From Candidatus Latescibacterota bacterium (GTDB lineage: Bacteria; Latescibacterota; UBA2968; GCA-2709665), in contig CBDDDZ010000004.1 in assembly GCA_965226795.1 (NCBI GenBank), forward strand, positions 1-64,000: 64,000 nucleotides of DNA. The letters run 5' to 3'. Below are positions 30,564 to 40,419 of the stretch, in pieces. Each line of letters starts with the position of its first letter. Position 1 is the stretch's first letter. Under the pieces are notes generated by a model that did no database searches, was not told the DNA's origin, and was given only the letters and a program-made list of their open reading frames with translations. The position numbers were made by a program, and so were the translations under genes.

Positions 30564-31406
30564 TCAGGTTGCAAGCCACGCTGCCGGAGATTCGCGCCCG
30601 AGAAGATCGAATAACTTTCGATTTTCCTCGCGATAAAACCCGTATAAATGTCGAAGTACGGATTCGCCGGGAAGAAAATCGCTCTCGGGCACGAGGCGCC
30701 CCAGAACGCTTGTTAAAGGGGACAAGACCGGGAAATAGTACCGGACGACCAGGTGCAATTTGCAGCCGTCGAATCGATTGATCTGCCGCGCCGTCCCGGA
30801 AAAACGAAAAGAGTCGTCAATTTCCAGAAATGAACAGACCTTTTTCAGTCCTTCGTGCGGGCGTTGCACGATATCCTCTTCAAAAAAAAGGACCAGTATC
30901 TGATCCCGCCTGAAAAGGTCCAGATAGGCGGTGAGCAATGTGAAGAACCGGCCCACCTCGAAGACCCCGAACCGTTCCAGCAAGGCGGCTTTCTTGCCTG
31001 CCAGCAAATCGTCCATTCGATGCAGCGGTGATATCCGACGGGTCCGTATCAGATGCTTTACCGCGGAGACAGCCCGATCTACCGGATTCTTGAGGGTTAC
31101 GATCAGTTTGGCGTCGGGCAGATGTCTGTGAATATGCCGGTTTACATCCGGCAAATGTCCTTCACCACCCCGCCCGTCTGCCCAGAAATAGTCTGGCGTT
31201 TTTTCACCCACTCTCCTTATGTTTTCCGCCCCCGCGAAATGGCCTGCATACCATTCGATTCCCTTTTCGTAATTCCCGGCCTTATCGAAGAAATGTATCT
31301 CCTGATCGGGCATGTACACGTCGGGATGTTGGCGAAGCATGGCAGCGAGCCACGTCGTTCCGCATTTCTGGGCACCGATAATCAGGAAATTCGGCAATCG
31401 ATCCAT
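30564..31406 (-). CDS. PAPS-dependent sulfotransferase
   Basis: IIGAQKCGTT, EIHFFD, GEKTPDY, KNPVDRAVS. Confidence 0.92.
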   Translation of the reverse strand: MDRLPNFLIIGAQKCGTTWLAAMLRQHPDVYMPDQEIHFFDKAGNYEKGIEWYAGHFAGAENIRRVGEKTPDYFWADGRGGEGHLPDVNRHIHRHLPDAKLIVTLKNPVDRAVSAVKHLIRTRRISPLHRMDDLLAGKKAALLERFGVFEVGRFFTLLTAYLDLFRRDQILVLFFEEDIVQRPHEGLKKVCSFLEIDDSFRFSGTARQINRFDGCKLHLVVRYYFPVLSPLTSVLGRLVPESDFLPGESVLRHLYGFYREENRKLFDLLGRESPAAWLAT

Positions 31407-31415
31407 ATGCGCATC

Positions 31416-32870
31416 CTAACGCCGGATCAATCCGGCCAGACGCATTGCCTCCATGGCGGTCTCTTTTGCAAAGAAACGGAAAGCGAGCGGATAGACGATC
31501 ACGCCCACAAACACGCAGGACGCAATCAACGCGGAATCGGGCAGTACGCCAGCCACCAGCCATTTGTAACCGGCGACCACGCCCATCATCAATCCACTGC
31601 TCAGCGCAGCGGGATACAACGCTTTGAGGTATTTTTCAAATGTTATTCGGACAAGACGGTTCACGACGCCCTGCGAAACCAGGGTCAGGACCAACACGCC
31701 GAGGCTCACCGCCATCGCGGTGCCAGTAATCCCCCCGGCAATCCCGAACCGCAGGGCCGCCAGCATAAAGATGGCGCCGCCGATATTCCAGATAAGCGCC
31801 AGGCCGGTGCGACCCCGGGCGGAAAAGACCAACCCGGCGGGAGACGCGATAGACCGCAGTGCCCCGGCCGGACAGAGCATCTGAAGGACGATCGCCGCGG
31901 GCGCCATCTCCGGCTCGAAAAGCAATGTCACGCCGGGATGCGCCAACAGGTAAAATCCCGCCATAATCGGAAACACAAGCACGGCGACGTATTTCACGGT
32001 GGCGAGATACGCACGGCCAAGCCGGACGACATCATCCTGAAGGGCGGAGAAGGCCGGAAAGGTGACCTTTGCGATGGCCTGAACCACGCGGACTTGCGGA
32101 AACGCGATAAGCCGGTAAGCCAGCCCGTAGTAGCCCAGCGCCTCCATCCCCAGAAACCTGCCTATAAGAAGATAGTCCAGGTTCTGCTGGACATAGCCCA
32201 CCAGCCTTGAACCAGTCCACTTACCGCCGAACCCGAGCAATACCCTTGCATCGGCAAGTCTAAAGGATCGGTTCGTATTTACGGGGCAGAAAATCCAGGG
32301 GCCCAAGCCCAGGACCGCATGGCGAACCACATAGGCCCAGACGAGACTCCACACCTCGTATCCCCACACGGCCAGCAACGCCATCGTGAATCCGCTTGCA
32401 GACGCCGCGCAAACATCCAGAATCGCCAACTGCCCGAAACGGAACGCACGCTCCATCTTTGCGCGTGAAACGGTCCCCAGACCCGTGAATACCAGCCCCC
32501 AGGTCATTGTCGGAAGAACAATGGAAACCTGAGGGTTATCAAAAAAAAGCCCGCCCCAGAACCGGGCGGTCAGATAGAGAAGGGCGGCCAACGAACAGGT
32601 AAAACACAGGCCCATCCAGAACGCTGCCGCCAGATGCGCCTCGCGCGCATCCCGCTTCTGAATAAGGGCCCGCCCCAACCCCATTTCGGCGGCCAGTATG
32701 CCCAACCCAACAATCGTGGCTGCGGCAACCTCAGTTCCGAACGCCCGGGACGGTTCGCTCAGATGCCGCACGGCCAACCCCAGGGCACCCACCTGAATCA
32801 GATAGCCGGCACCCTGCGCCAGGCCGGTCCACGAGAAACCACGGACGGTTGTGCGACGCAGATCGGTCAT
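31416..32870 (-). CDS. wzx: Wzx-type polysaccharide flippase
   Basis: ATG 32870 after AGGAGAGG; polytopic; NLDYLLIGRFLG..LGYYGLAY. Confidence 0.88.
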   Translation of the reverse strand: MTDLRRTTVRGFSWTGLAQGAGYLIQVGALGLAVRHLSEPSRAFGTEVAAATIVGLGILAAEMGLGRALIQKRDAREAHLAAAFWMGLCFTCSLAALLYLTARFWGGLFFDNPQVSIVLPTMTWGLVFTGLGTVSRAKMERAFRFGQLAILDVCAASASGFTMALLAVWGYEVWSLVWAYVVRHAVLGLGPWIFCPVNTNRSFRLADARVLLGFGGKWTGSRLVGYVQQNLDYLLIGRFLGMEALGYYGLAYRLIAFPQVRVVQAIAKVTFPAFSALQDDVVRLGRAYLATVKYVAVLVFPIMAGFYLLAHPGVTLLFEPEMAPAAIVLQMLCPAGALRSIASPAGLVFSARGRTGLALIWNIGGAIFMLAALRFGIAGGITGTAMAVSLGVLVLTLVSQGVVNRLVRITFEKYLKALYPAALSSGLMMGVVAGYKWLVAGVLPDSALIASCVFVGVIVYPLAFRFFAKETAMEAMRLAGLIRR

Positions 32871-32881
32871 CCGGCCTCTCC

Positions 32882-33856
32882 TTATGCGGTCTCCACACGG
32901 GCCAACCGCACGCCGGTCCATACCGCCGTTCCGATCACACAAACCAGGATTGTAACGCAAACCGCGGGCGGCGCCACGGCCGCCACGATTCCGCACAGAG
33001 CCAGAAGCCCACCCGCAAGATGAATGCGACGAACCGTACCTCGTACGGAATACCCCATTCTGACCAGCCGTTGCGCCACGTGGTCACGACTGGCCCTCAT
33101 CACGGGCAAGCCCTTTTTCTTCCTGACGATACAGAGAAACACGGCTTCGAAACAAGGGATGCCCAGGACCAGTATCGCGCAGAGTTCACCCTGTACCCCC
33201 GACGTCGCCCTGGAAACCTCCACGGACATCGCGCCAAGTACAAATCCTGCAAACAGACTGCCGGCGTCGCCCATATAGACCCGTGCCGGATGGGCATTGT
33301 AAACCAGAAAACCCAAAAAGCCTCCGGCCAGGCTGGCACCCAGAATCACAACCGGCGCCGCACCGCCTACCAACCCCAGGCCTGCCAGGCCGATCGAAGC
33401 GATGGCACCCGCGCCCGCGGACAAGCCATCCATCATGTCGAGCACGTTGAACGCGTTGCACATCCAAACCAGCCACACTCCCGTAAGCACGGCGTCGAAC
33501 ACGGTACTGCCCGTTGTGTCGAACCGAAGCCCGCTCCCGACAGTAATGGCGACGGTAAAGATTTGAAACGCAAGCTTTTGAAAAGGCGATAGCGGCCACT
33601 TGTCGTCGACGAAGCCAATGGCGCCCATTCCAAGCGCGCCGATCCACAGGCCAACGGGAAACGACAAGGGCGCAAAGGGAAGCAGCAGCAGCGTGGCAAT
33701 CGCTATGGCCACGCCGCCTATGGGGGGAACCGACTGCGCTCCGTTCTCGCCGCCCGATTTCAACCACGAGGCGCGCATCGCGGCGGCCCGAAGAAGAGGC
33801 GTTAACAAAAGAGCGCTTCCGAAACCGAATGCGAGAAAAAGGGCAGAGGACAACAC
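32882..33856 (-). CDS. WecA/MraY-family undecaprenyl-phosphate sugar-1-phosphate transferase
   Basis: PPIGG, GFVDD, NAFNVLDMMDGL, YMGDAGS, RDH. Confidence 0.9.
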   Translation of the reverse strand: MLSSALFLAFGFGSALLLTPLLRAAAMRASWLKSGGENGAQSVPPIGGVAIAIATLLLLPFAPLSFPVGLWIGALGMGAIGFVDDKWPLSPFQKLAFQIFTVAITVGSGLRFDTTGSTVFDAVLTGVWLVWMCNAFNVLDMMDGLSAGAGAIASIGLAGLGLVGGAAPVVILGASLAGGFLGFLVYNAHPARVYMGDAGSLFAGFVLGAMSVEVSRATSGVQGELCAILVLGIPCFEAVFLCIVRKKKGLPVMRASRDHVAQRLVRMGYSVRGTVRRIHLAGGLLALCGIVAAVAPPAVCVTILVCVIGTAVWTGVRLARVETA

Positions 33857-33892
33857 GGTGGACTTTCTGCTTGCGAGCGGTAATCAGGGCTG

Positions 33893-34013
33893 GTGTCCCG
33901 TTCCGGAAATACGTCCTCATTCTTCCCCCGGTTCATCCCTTCTCGCTGTGTTGCCTTGCGAAACGGGTGACTCGGCGGCCGAATCCCGGCTATCTGTTTC
34001 CGGGACAGATCAC
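33893..34013. mobile_element. MITE/REP-like element (copy 2, internally deleted, inverted relative to copy 1)
   Basis: gtgtcccgttccggaaata..cattcttcc..ggttcatccc..cggcggccgaat..tttccgggacagatcac aligns to the reverse complement of copy 1. Confidence 0.7.
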
Positions 34014-35146
34014 GGGTGGTGAATTTTCCGGCAGTTGGGTTGAAAGCTCCGAACAGCATCGATAACCTGGGCCACGTCTCCGTCGGTCATACCCGGATAG
34101 AGCGGCAGTGTCACCATCTCCCGCCACACCGACTCGGTTACCGGCAACGAGCAACGATACGGCTTGTGGATCGGATAAAGATGATTCGGATAATAATGCA
34201 CGCTGGAATCGACATCCCGCCCGTGCAGATGGGCAACCAGATTGTCCCTGTCCTCCACGCGCGGGACATAGGCATGGAAGGCGCTACGCACATACGGCGC
34301 AATCGTGGGCGTCCGAAGCCATGTCAGATCGGCAAACGCCTTATTGTACTGAAGGACGATTTCCTGCCGCTGGGCATTGGCCGACTCCAGCCTCGCCAGC
34401 TGAACCAACCCGATGGCCGCGTTCAAATCGTTCATATAGAACTTGTGCCCCACCTCGGTCACTTCGTACATCCAGCGCTTCTGCTGCGGCCCCGCCGTAA
34501 ACCGGTCCCACGTACCCTGCGGGATGCCCATCCAGCTGAGCCGCTTGAGGCGCTCCGCCAGTTGCGCATCGTTGGTGGTCAGCATACCGCCATCGCAGGT
34601 TGTCAGGTTCTTCTGCGCCTGGAAACTGAAACATCCGATCGTTCCCATACCTCCTGCCATCCGACCTTTGTACCGGGCACCGCAGGCATGGGCGGCATCC
34701 TCCACAACCGGGATTTTCCGGGACGCGGCGATTTCCAGTACCGGGTCCATGTCGCAGGGGTGGCCGCTGTGATGCACAACCATAATTGCAGCCGTTCTGT
34801 CCGAAATCCGCTCGGCCACACAATCCGGATCCAGGTTCAGTGTGACGGGATCGATGTCGCAAAAAACGGGAATGGCTCCGTTCTGCAGGATCGCATGGTT
34901 GGTGGCGACAAAGGTCATGGAAGTGGTGATGACCTCGCGGCCCTCCACTCCCAACACCTTAAGCGCCAGCAGCAGCGCAGACGAACAGGAATTCACGCTG
35001 ACTGCAAATGATGTCCCGATATACTCGGCGAACCGTTTTTCAAAGGCCGCGGCTTTCGTGCCTGCCCCCACCCATCCGGATAGCAACACTTCCCGGACAG
35101 CCTCCACCTCCTCTTCGTCGAAACAAGCCCGCCAAATCGGAATCAT
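34010..35146 (-). CDS. DegT/DnrJ/EryC1/StrS nucleotide-sugar aminotransferase
   Basis: VVEDAAHA, FSFQAQKNLTTCDGG; ATG 35146 after GAAGGAG. Confidence 0.93.
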   Translation of the reverse strand: MIPIWRACFDEEEVEAVREVLLSGWVGAGTKAAAFEKRFAEYIGTSFAVSVNSCSSALLLALKVLGVEGREVITTSMTFVATNHAILQNGAIPVFCDIDPVTLNLDPDCVAERISDRTAAIMVVHHSGHPCDMDPVLEIAASRKIPVVEDAAHACGARYKGRMAGGMGTIGCFSFQAQKNLTTCDGGMLTTNDAQLAERLKRLSWMGIPQGTWDRFTAGPQQKRWMYEVTEVGHKFYMNDLNAAIGLVQLARLESANAQRQEIVLQYNKAFADLTWLRTPTIAPYVRSAFHAYVPRVEDRDNLVAHLHGRDVDSSVHYYPNHLYPIHKPYRCSLPVTESVWREMVTLPLYPGMTDGDVAQVIDAVRSFQPNCRKIHHP

Positions 35147-36105
35147 GAAATCTCCTTCGGACCCGAACACCCGTGCGAAGAGCCAAAGCGGGTCCGACCT
35201 TCAATGCCCCGTGTCAGGACCCGTCGATACGCCCTCATCCTCACCCTGGCCTCCCGCCGGAATCCGGGCAATAAAAACAGACCTCCCCAGAGCAGCATTC
35301 TCAAAACCATCTCCGGAAACGTCAGTATCGCCAGCAGGCGGCGCGCATGATCTCCCAGGTGTTTTTCCATCACATAAAGATTACTCTCTATTCCCTCCAC
35401 CAGCATCCGTTCCAGCGCCTGCTTCGAACTCTCACCACCCGCATGGAATGCGCAAGCCTCGGGCAGATAGGCCACGGTCCACCCGGCCCCACCAAGCCTG
35501 AGGCAGAGATCGACGTCTTCATAATACATAAATATAGCGTCATCCATGCCGCCAGCCGCATCGAAAGCGCTGCGACGCACAAGGAAACAAGCACCCGTCA
35601 CCCAGCCGACGGACGTTGGCCCACCGGAGATCCGGCAGCCGAATTTAAGAAATGGAAAAACAAGATGCAACAGGAATTTACGGCAAATTTCGCCCGCCAG
35701 ACGTGGCGCTTTACCGCAGGATAGTTGCGTTCGCCCTTGCCGGTCCACAAGCCTTGGTCCCGCCAGGCCGACACGATTATTGGCTTCAATGTAATCCAAC
35801 ATGCGTTCGACCGAATCCGGCCCCACGGTCACATCCGGATTCATGGCCAGAATATACGGACCGGTGGAGACTTCCACACCCCGGTTCACGCCTCGGCCGA
35901 ACCCGAAGTTCCCTCCCATCTCAACCAGCCGCACCCGGTCGCCGAAAGTATCCAGCGCGTTCGGACTGCCATCCGACGACGCGTTGTCCACCACCACCAC
36001 GTCCAGCGGCAGCCGCTCCTGTACTTCGAGAAGGGACGCGACGCACCGGAAGAGGTCCTCACCCGCGTTCCAGTTCACCACCACCGCCGTCACCGCCGGT
36101 TTCAT
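35143..36105 (-). CDS. Glycosyltransferase family 2
   Basis: VVVVDNASSDGS, MNPDV, YYEDVDLC. Confidence 0.9.
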   Translation of the reverse strand: MKPAVTAVVVNWNAGEDLFRCVASLLEVQERLPLDVVVVDNASSDGSPNALDTFGDRVRLVEMGGNFGFGRGVNRGVEVSTGPYILAMNPDVTVGPDSVERMLDYIEANNRVGLAGPRLVDRQGRTQLSCGKAPRLAGEICRKFLLHLVFPFLKFGCRISGGPTSVGWVTGACFLVRRSAFDAAGGMDDAIFMYYEDVDLCLRLGGAGWTVAYLPEACAFHAGGESSKQALERMLVEGIESNLYVMEKHLGDHARRLLAILTFPEMVLRMLLWGGLFLLPGFRREARVRMRAYRRVLTRGIEGRTRFGSSHGCSGPKEIS

Positions 36106-37503
36106 CTCCCTCTCCATCCATACGGGCCAGAATGCCGAGAAAGCATGCATGCCAGAAAATCAGCCGGTTGCCCATCATCGTATTGTCGGTCATAATATAC
36201 ACCAGCAGTGCCGCATACACCGCAAGAAACGCAACGCAAAACCCCTTTATGTGCGGATCGTCGGTGCGACGAAACATGCCGTAGGCGATCCGCAGCCCCT
36301 TTACAAATATCCACAAGAAGGCGATCACGCCCAGAATTCCCATACGCATCATGATCGTCAAATAGGTATTGTCCACGCCCCCGGACGTAAATACGTAAGG
36401 CTGGGAATACTCGTCGACCCTCAGATAGGAAATCGTGGCGCCGTGTCCTCCGCCCAACACGGGCCGCTGCCAGATCTTCTCCAGGGCCAGCGCATAGGCC
36501 AGCAGACGCCCTGAATTTCCAGGTCTCCCTCCGTTACGGTGCGCCGCAGGCGACGGGCAGCCGTGTCCTCAACGCCCGCGCCCGTGAACTCCTGGAAATA
36601 ATAGCCCAGGCCAACCAGCAATAGGGGAATCAGCATCAATATCAGGAGCCGCCGTCCACGATGCCTCCCCCGTTCCAGCAAAACCAGACCGCCCACGCAG
36701 AAAAGCCCGAACAACAGGCTGCCCCACATCGCGCGACCCATCGTAACCACCAGCGCAAGACCGATGGGAACCAGAAGAAGACCACCCAACATGCGCCGAA
36801 TGGGCGACGTGTCGTACAAAAAAGCCGCCGCGAGAACCAGAACACCCATTGGCAGCAGGAGCCCCTCCCGCCGGGCCACACGGTAAAATGCCCCTGCAAA
36901 TGAAAGATCGACAGCATGGACGAATTCAATCAGGTATTCCACGCCAACAACGGCCGCCGAGATCACCAGTACCGCCAGAAACGCCCCGCGCCTGCGCAGG
37001 TCGAAAAATCCCGTTGCGACGAAGAACAGCACGTAGTAAAGCGGATATCGTACATCCCGCAGCATCTGCCGGACGTCCTGCCCGTAAAACAGACCCAGCG
37101 CCATCGATGCCACGACCAGCCCCAGAAAAACCAAAACCGGACGGTCCAGCCGGGTGCGGCGCCAGCTCAGCCTCCGTTCCTGCAACCAGGTGACAAATGC
37201 CACACCCCATACCACCAGGAACAGCGCCTCGCAGAAATGCAGGTTCTGGGGTAACATGAGATGCTCTTCGTAAAACTCGGAGGAGATTACGGAGGCGATA
37301 AAACAGAGGTACAAGAGCGCAGATGTGACCGACGACATCAGCGCGATCCCGGAAACAACAACCAGGCTCACCGTGATAACCGGTATGACCTCGCCGAAAT
37401 TCCAGGAAGGCAGCGCGATCAGCGCGAGTTGCGCGAGGCATACGGCCGGTATCAACCACCGTCCGTCCATTCGGGCCGTCGAAATGCCCGTTTCCGTTGC
37501 CAT
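36059..37503 (-). CDS. O-antigen ligase/Wzy-family membrane protein with a 1-nt frameshift near 36510
   Basis: Adding one G to the G run joins the two ORFs: EIQGRLLAYALALEKIWQRPVLGGGHG...DNTYL. Confidence 0.82.
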
Positions 37504-37519
37504 CGGTCCTCTGTCCCGT

Positions 37520-39199
37520 TCAGAAGAAATTGAAGTCCAGCGTCATGCGCCAGTCGTGGGTACTCCCGTCCCCACGCTTTCCGCCCCGCTTGCTCGAACG
37601 CGTCAGCCGGTAGGTTGCGGAAAGAACCAGATCACCGACCGGTTCGAAGACGAGGTCCGCCCCAATGCCGGTCCGTTTCTCCACCGAACCGCTCATGAAT
37701 TCCCGTACGGCAGGGTCCGTGGGACGCCGTCCCTGTCGCGCGTCTCCGCCCACATTCGTCACCGTACCGTCGGAATTCTCGACATTCTTACCATGACGCG
37801 TCCTGTCGAGGCTCAGCGAAGCCGATACGGATGGCGACAGCCGGTGCGTCAACCGGGTCCAGATCCGATCTGAATTCGGCCCCGTCGGATAGCCGAGAAG
37901 CGCGTCGAAATGTGTGAAGGCGTTGATGTTGAACCTGTGAGAATACACGAACGGCTCGATATGCACGAACTCGACACGAATATCCGTATCCCGAAGTCCG
38001 AACGGATCCACCCAGAACACGCCCGCCTGGGCCGCGAACTTGTTGGAAAAGTCGCCCGGGCTGAACTTTCTCAAATCATCCAAAAATATCGCAACGTAGG
38101 TCTGTATGCCTCGAACAGGCCGAAGAGAAAGATCCAGCCCCACGGCCAGATTGTCCTTATCCCCCACCGACATCTGAGCGGCGGTAAGTACCGAAGCGGG
38201 AGACGCGTACAAAAACTCGAAATCTCGATCTCCGTATATCACGGCCTCCTGGAATCCCAGCCGGGCGCGTGGAGAGAGATCGACCTCCACGCGGTGGGCG
38301 GCAATCGCCTTCGCCCGCAGAAACGTACGGCGGTGACCGTTGTCAACCAGCGTGCGGGAAAGGTCGATCAGACCCGCATCGGCTTCGAGAAACCCCAGAA
38401 TGTGGCTGAAACGCACCCGCCGGTACGCCGTCCGGAGCCGCGCCATCCCGAAAGACGGCGCAAAAGGTGACAACATCAGATTACCGCTTCTTCCCGGCCC
38501 CCAATCCAGACTTCCCTTTGCGGCATCCACGTCGAACCAGCGCGTCGCCCACACCAGTTGATAGGTGGCTTCCCGAAAGTCCGCCGCTTTGTCCTTGAAT
38601 TGCACCAGTTCGATCGGCCGGGCCAGAACATCCTCCCGGGTCAGACGTTGCCGCGTGCTCCATTCCCGGGCTTCGAAGTGCCGCGCGCGAAAACCGAAAC
38701 GGTCTCCGAGTACGCCACGGACAACCGCGCCTATATGCGTCTGCGAGACCGACTCTTTCTCCTGGAACTTACCCCGAATCAGAATCAGCCGCTGACGGAA
38801 AACCGCTTCGAGTACAACAGATGCAGCCGTATCCTGCCAGGAAAAAAGCGCGCCCGCCAACCGCTCGAGGGCGCCGCTTCCGACCGGGACCGGCGCGTGG
38901 CCCAACCGCGCGACCTCAGTGCGGAACTCAGCTATATGCCTCTGGAGGATGCCCTGCTCGATGCCGGACATGGCGGCCTGCGCTTCTTTGTGGCGCAGAA
39001 CCTGGAGCAGAAGCCGTGCGACCTTCAGGCGGGTGTACGGTCTGATCTGCGGCGCGGCGGAGTCCAGCCAGCCGCGGGCGTCGTACCGGTCGAGTGTCCG
39101 ATAAACCCCGTGTGCAAGTGGCACTTCGGGGGTATTGTCACCCGCGTGGGCAGTCCGGGAAAGGGATAGAACAACCAGCAACAGGAATACGGATCTCAC
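37520..39199 (-). CDS. Capsule assembly Wzi-like outer-membrane protein
   Basis: Signal peptide; YRTLDRY..RPYTR; WGPGRSGNLMLS; LGYPTGPNSD; C-terminal Phe. Confidence 0.75.
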   Translation of the reverse strand: MRSVFLLLVVLSLSRTAHAGDNTPEVPLAHGVYRTLDRYDARGWLDSAAPQIRPYTRLKVARLLLQVLRHKEAQAAMSGIEQGILQRHIAEFRTEVARLGHAPVPVGSGALERLAGALFSWQDTAASVVLEAVFRQRLILIRGKFQEKESVSQTHIGAVVRGVLGDRFGFRARHFEAREWSTRQRLTREDVLARPIELVQFKDKAADFREATYQLVWATRWFDVDAAKGSLDWGPGRSGNLMLSPFAPSFGMARLRTAYRRVRFSHILGFLEADAGLIDLSRTLVDNGHRRTFLRAKAIAAHRVEVDLSPRARLGFQEAVIYGDRDFEFLYASPASVLTAAQMSVGDKDNLAVGLDLSLRPVRGIQTYVAIFLDDLRKFSPGDFSNKFAAQAGVFWVDPFGLRDTDIRVEFVHIEPFVYSHRFNINAFTHFDALLGYPTGPNSDRIWTRLTHRLSPSVSASLSLDRTRHGKNVENSDGTVTNVGGDARQGRRPTDPAVREFMSGSVEKRTGIGADLVFEPVGDLVLSATYRLTRSSKRGGKRGDGSTHDWRMTLDFNFF

Positions 39200-39358
39200 A
39201 ACGTCGTATCCGGCGAAAACAGATCTCTATCTCAATTCGATCTTCGGAAGGCGTCAATCCGGTCGCGACCATAACCGGCAGACACAACGATCTCCGCGCA
39301 CGCCCGGAAGAAGAAGCGCCAGCATCCTGTTTCTCCGGGCCGAACGAGAGACCGCCCA

Positions 39359-39386
39359 ATTATACCATAACCCCGCGAATTGTCAA
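39359..39386 (-). promoter_or_regulatory. Consensus sigma70 promoter for the polysaccharide operon
   Basis: TTGACA-16 nt-TATAAT with extended -10 TG. Confidence 0.75.
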
Positions 39387-39434
39387 GCGCACGGCCTTCC
39401 GCGTGCAGGCGGATGCGCGAGTTCCCGAAATCCC

Positions 39435-39463
39435 TTGACTTTGCGGATTCAACCTGCTATTTT
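39435..39463 (+). promoter_or_regulatory. Putative divergent promoter for the BMC locus
   Basis: TTGACT-17 nt-TATTTT. Confidence 0.5.
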
Positions 39464-39535
39464 TCGCATCCTGAACCGGATCCACAACTATTACCCGTCC
39501 CAATATACGCGACATGTAGCGGACGCCGCGACCCG

Positions 39536-40252
39536 ATGTTACAGACATCCAAACCTGCTTCCGAATGCGCGGACTGCAAGCTGTGCGAACGAGGGCAGCA
39601 GGACGCACCTGGCAACGGGGCGCCGGATATCGCCCAACTCGTCCGGGAAGTGCTTGGGAGGATTCGGAACGGAAACGACGGCCTCCTTGAAATTCCGGTC
39701 GGCGTATCCGCAAGACACTGTCATCTGAACCGGGAAGCCATGGATATCCTGTTCGGCGCCGGTTCGGAACTCACGCCTTACAGAGACCTCTATCAGCCCG
39801 CCGCGTACGCGGCGGAAGAATGCGTCTCTGTGATCGGACCTCGCTTGCGCGCCATCGAGCGTGTCCGAATACTGGGACCCGCCCGGGACTACAATCAGGT
39901 TGAATTGGCCCGTACGGACGCCATCTTTCTCGGTCTCGATCCCCCTGTGCGGGACTCCGGCGACCTGCAAGGCGCCCAGCGGGTCACTTTTGTGGGCCCT
40001 AAAGGATCCCTTACCGTTCCCGCCGCCATCCGCGCCGCCAGGCACCTCCACCTTCGGCCCGTCGACGTTGCCGAAATGGGGCTTTCCGGGCGCCGCGCCG
40101 TACGCGCCCGCGTGAGCGGCGAAAAGGGACTCACCTTTGAAAATGTCAGGCTTAAAATCGACCCCGGTTATCTGCCCGAACTCCACCTGGACACCGACGA
40201 CGCCAACGCCGCCGACATTGTCTGCGGAAGCAAGGCTTATATCGAATCCTGA
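39536..40252 (+). CDS. pduL: PduL phosphate acyltransferase with N-terminal Cys motif and encapsulation peptide
   Basis: VSARHCHL, RILGPAR..QVELARTD, ARHLHL, LHLDTDDANAA; start inferred. Confidence 0.92.
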   Translation: MLQTSKPASECADCKLCERGQQDAPGNGAPDIAQLVREVLGRIRNGNDGLLEIPVGVSARHCHLNREAMDILFGAGSELTPYRDLYQPAAYAAEECVSVIGPRLRAIERVRILGPARDYNQVELARTDAIFLGLDPPVRDSGDLQGAQRVTFVGPKGSLTVPAAIRAARHLHLRPVDVAEMGLSGRRAVRARVSGEKGLTFENVRLKIDPGYLPELHLDTDDANAADIVCGSKAYIES

Positions 40253-40286
40253 GCCGCTCGCCCGGTGGCCACGTAAGGCGCCACAT

Positions 40287-40325
40287 CGGCGGAAGAATGG
40301 TGACAGATTTCCGGGACAGGACACT
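40287..40325. repeat. Partial copy (one end) of the MITE/REP-like element
   Basis: cggcggaagaatggtgacagatttccgggacaggacact matches 26896-26933. Confidence 0.7.
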
Positions 40326-40419
40326 TAGGTCCGATGCGATGCAATTATGTTACTATGTATGTCATGTATCGGCGCGATCCAACCGGCAGGGTAAATAGTA
40401 TATGCCGGGGCGGACTTGA

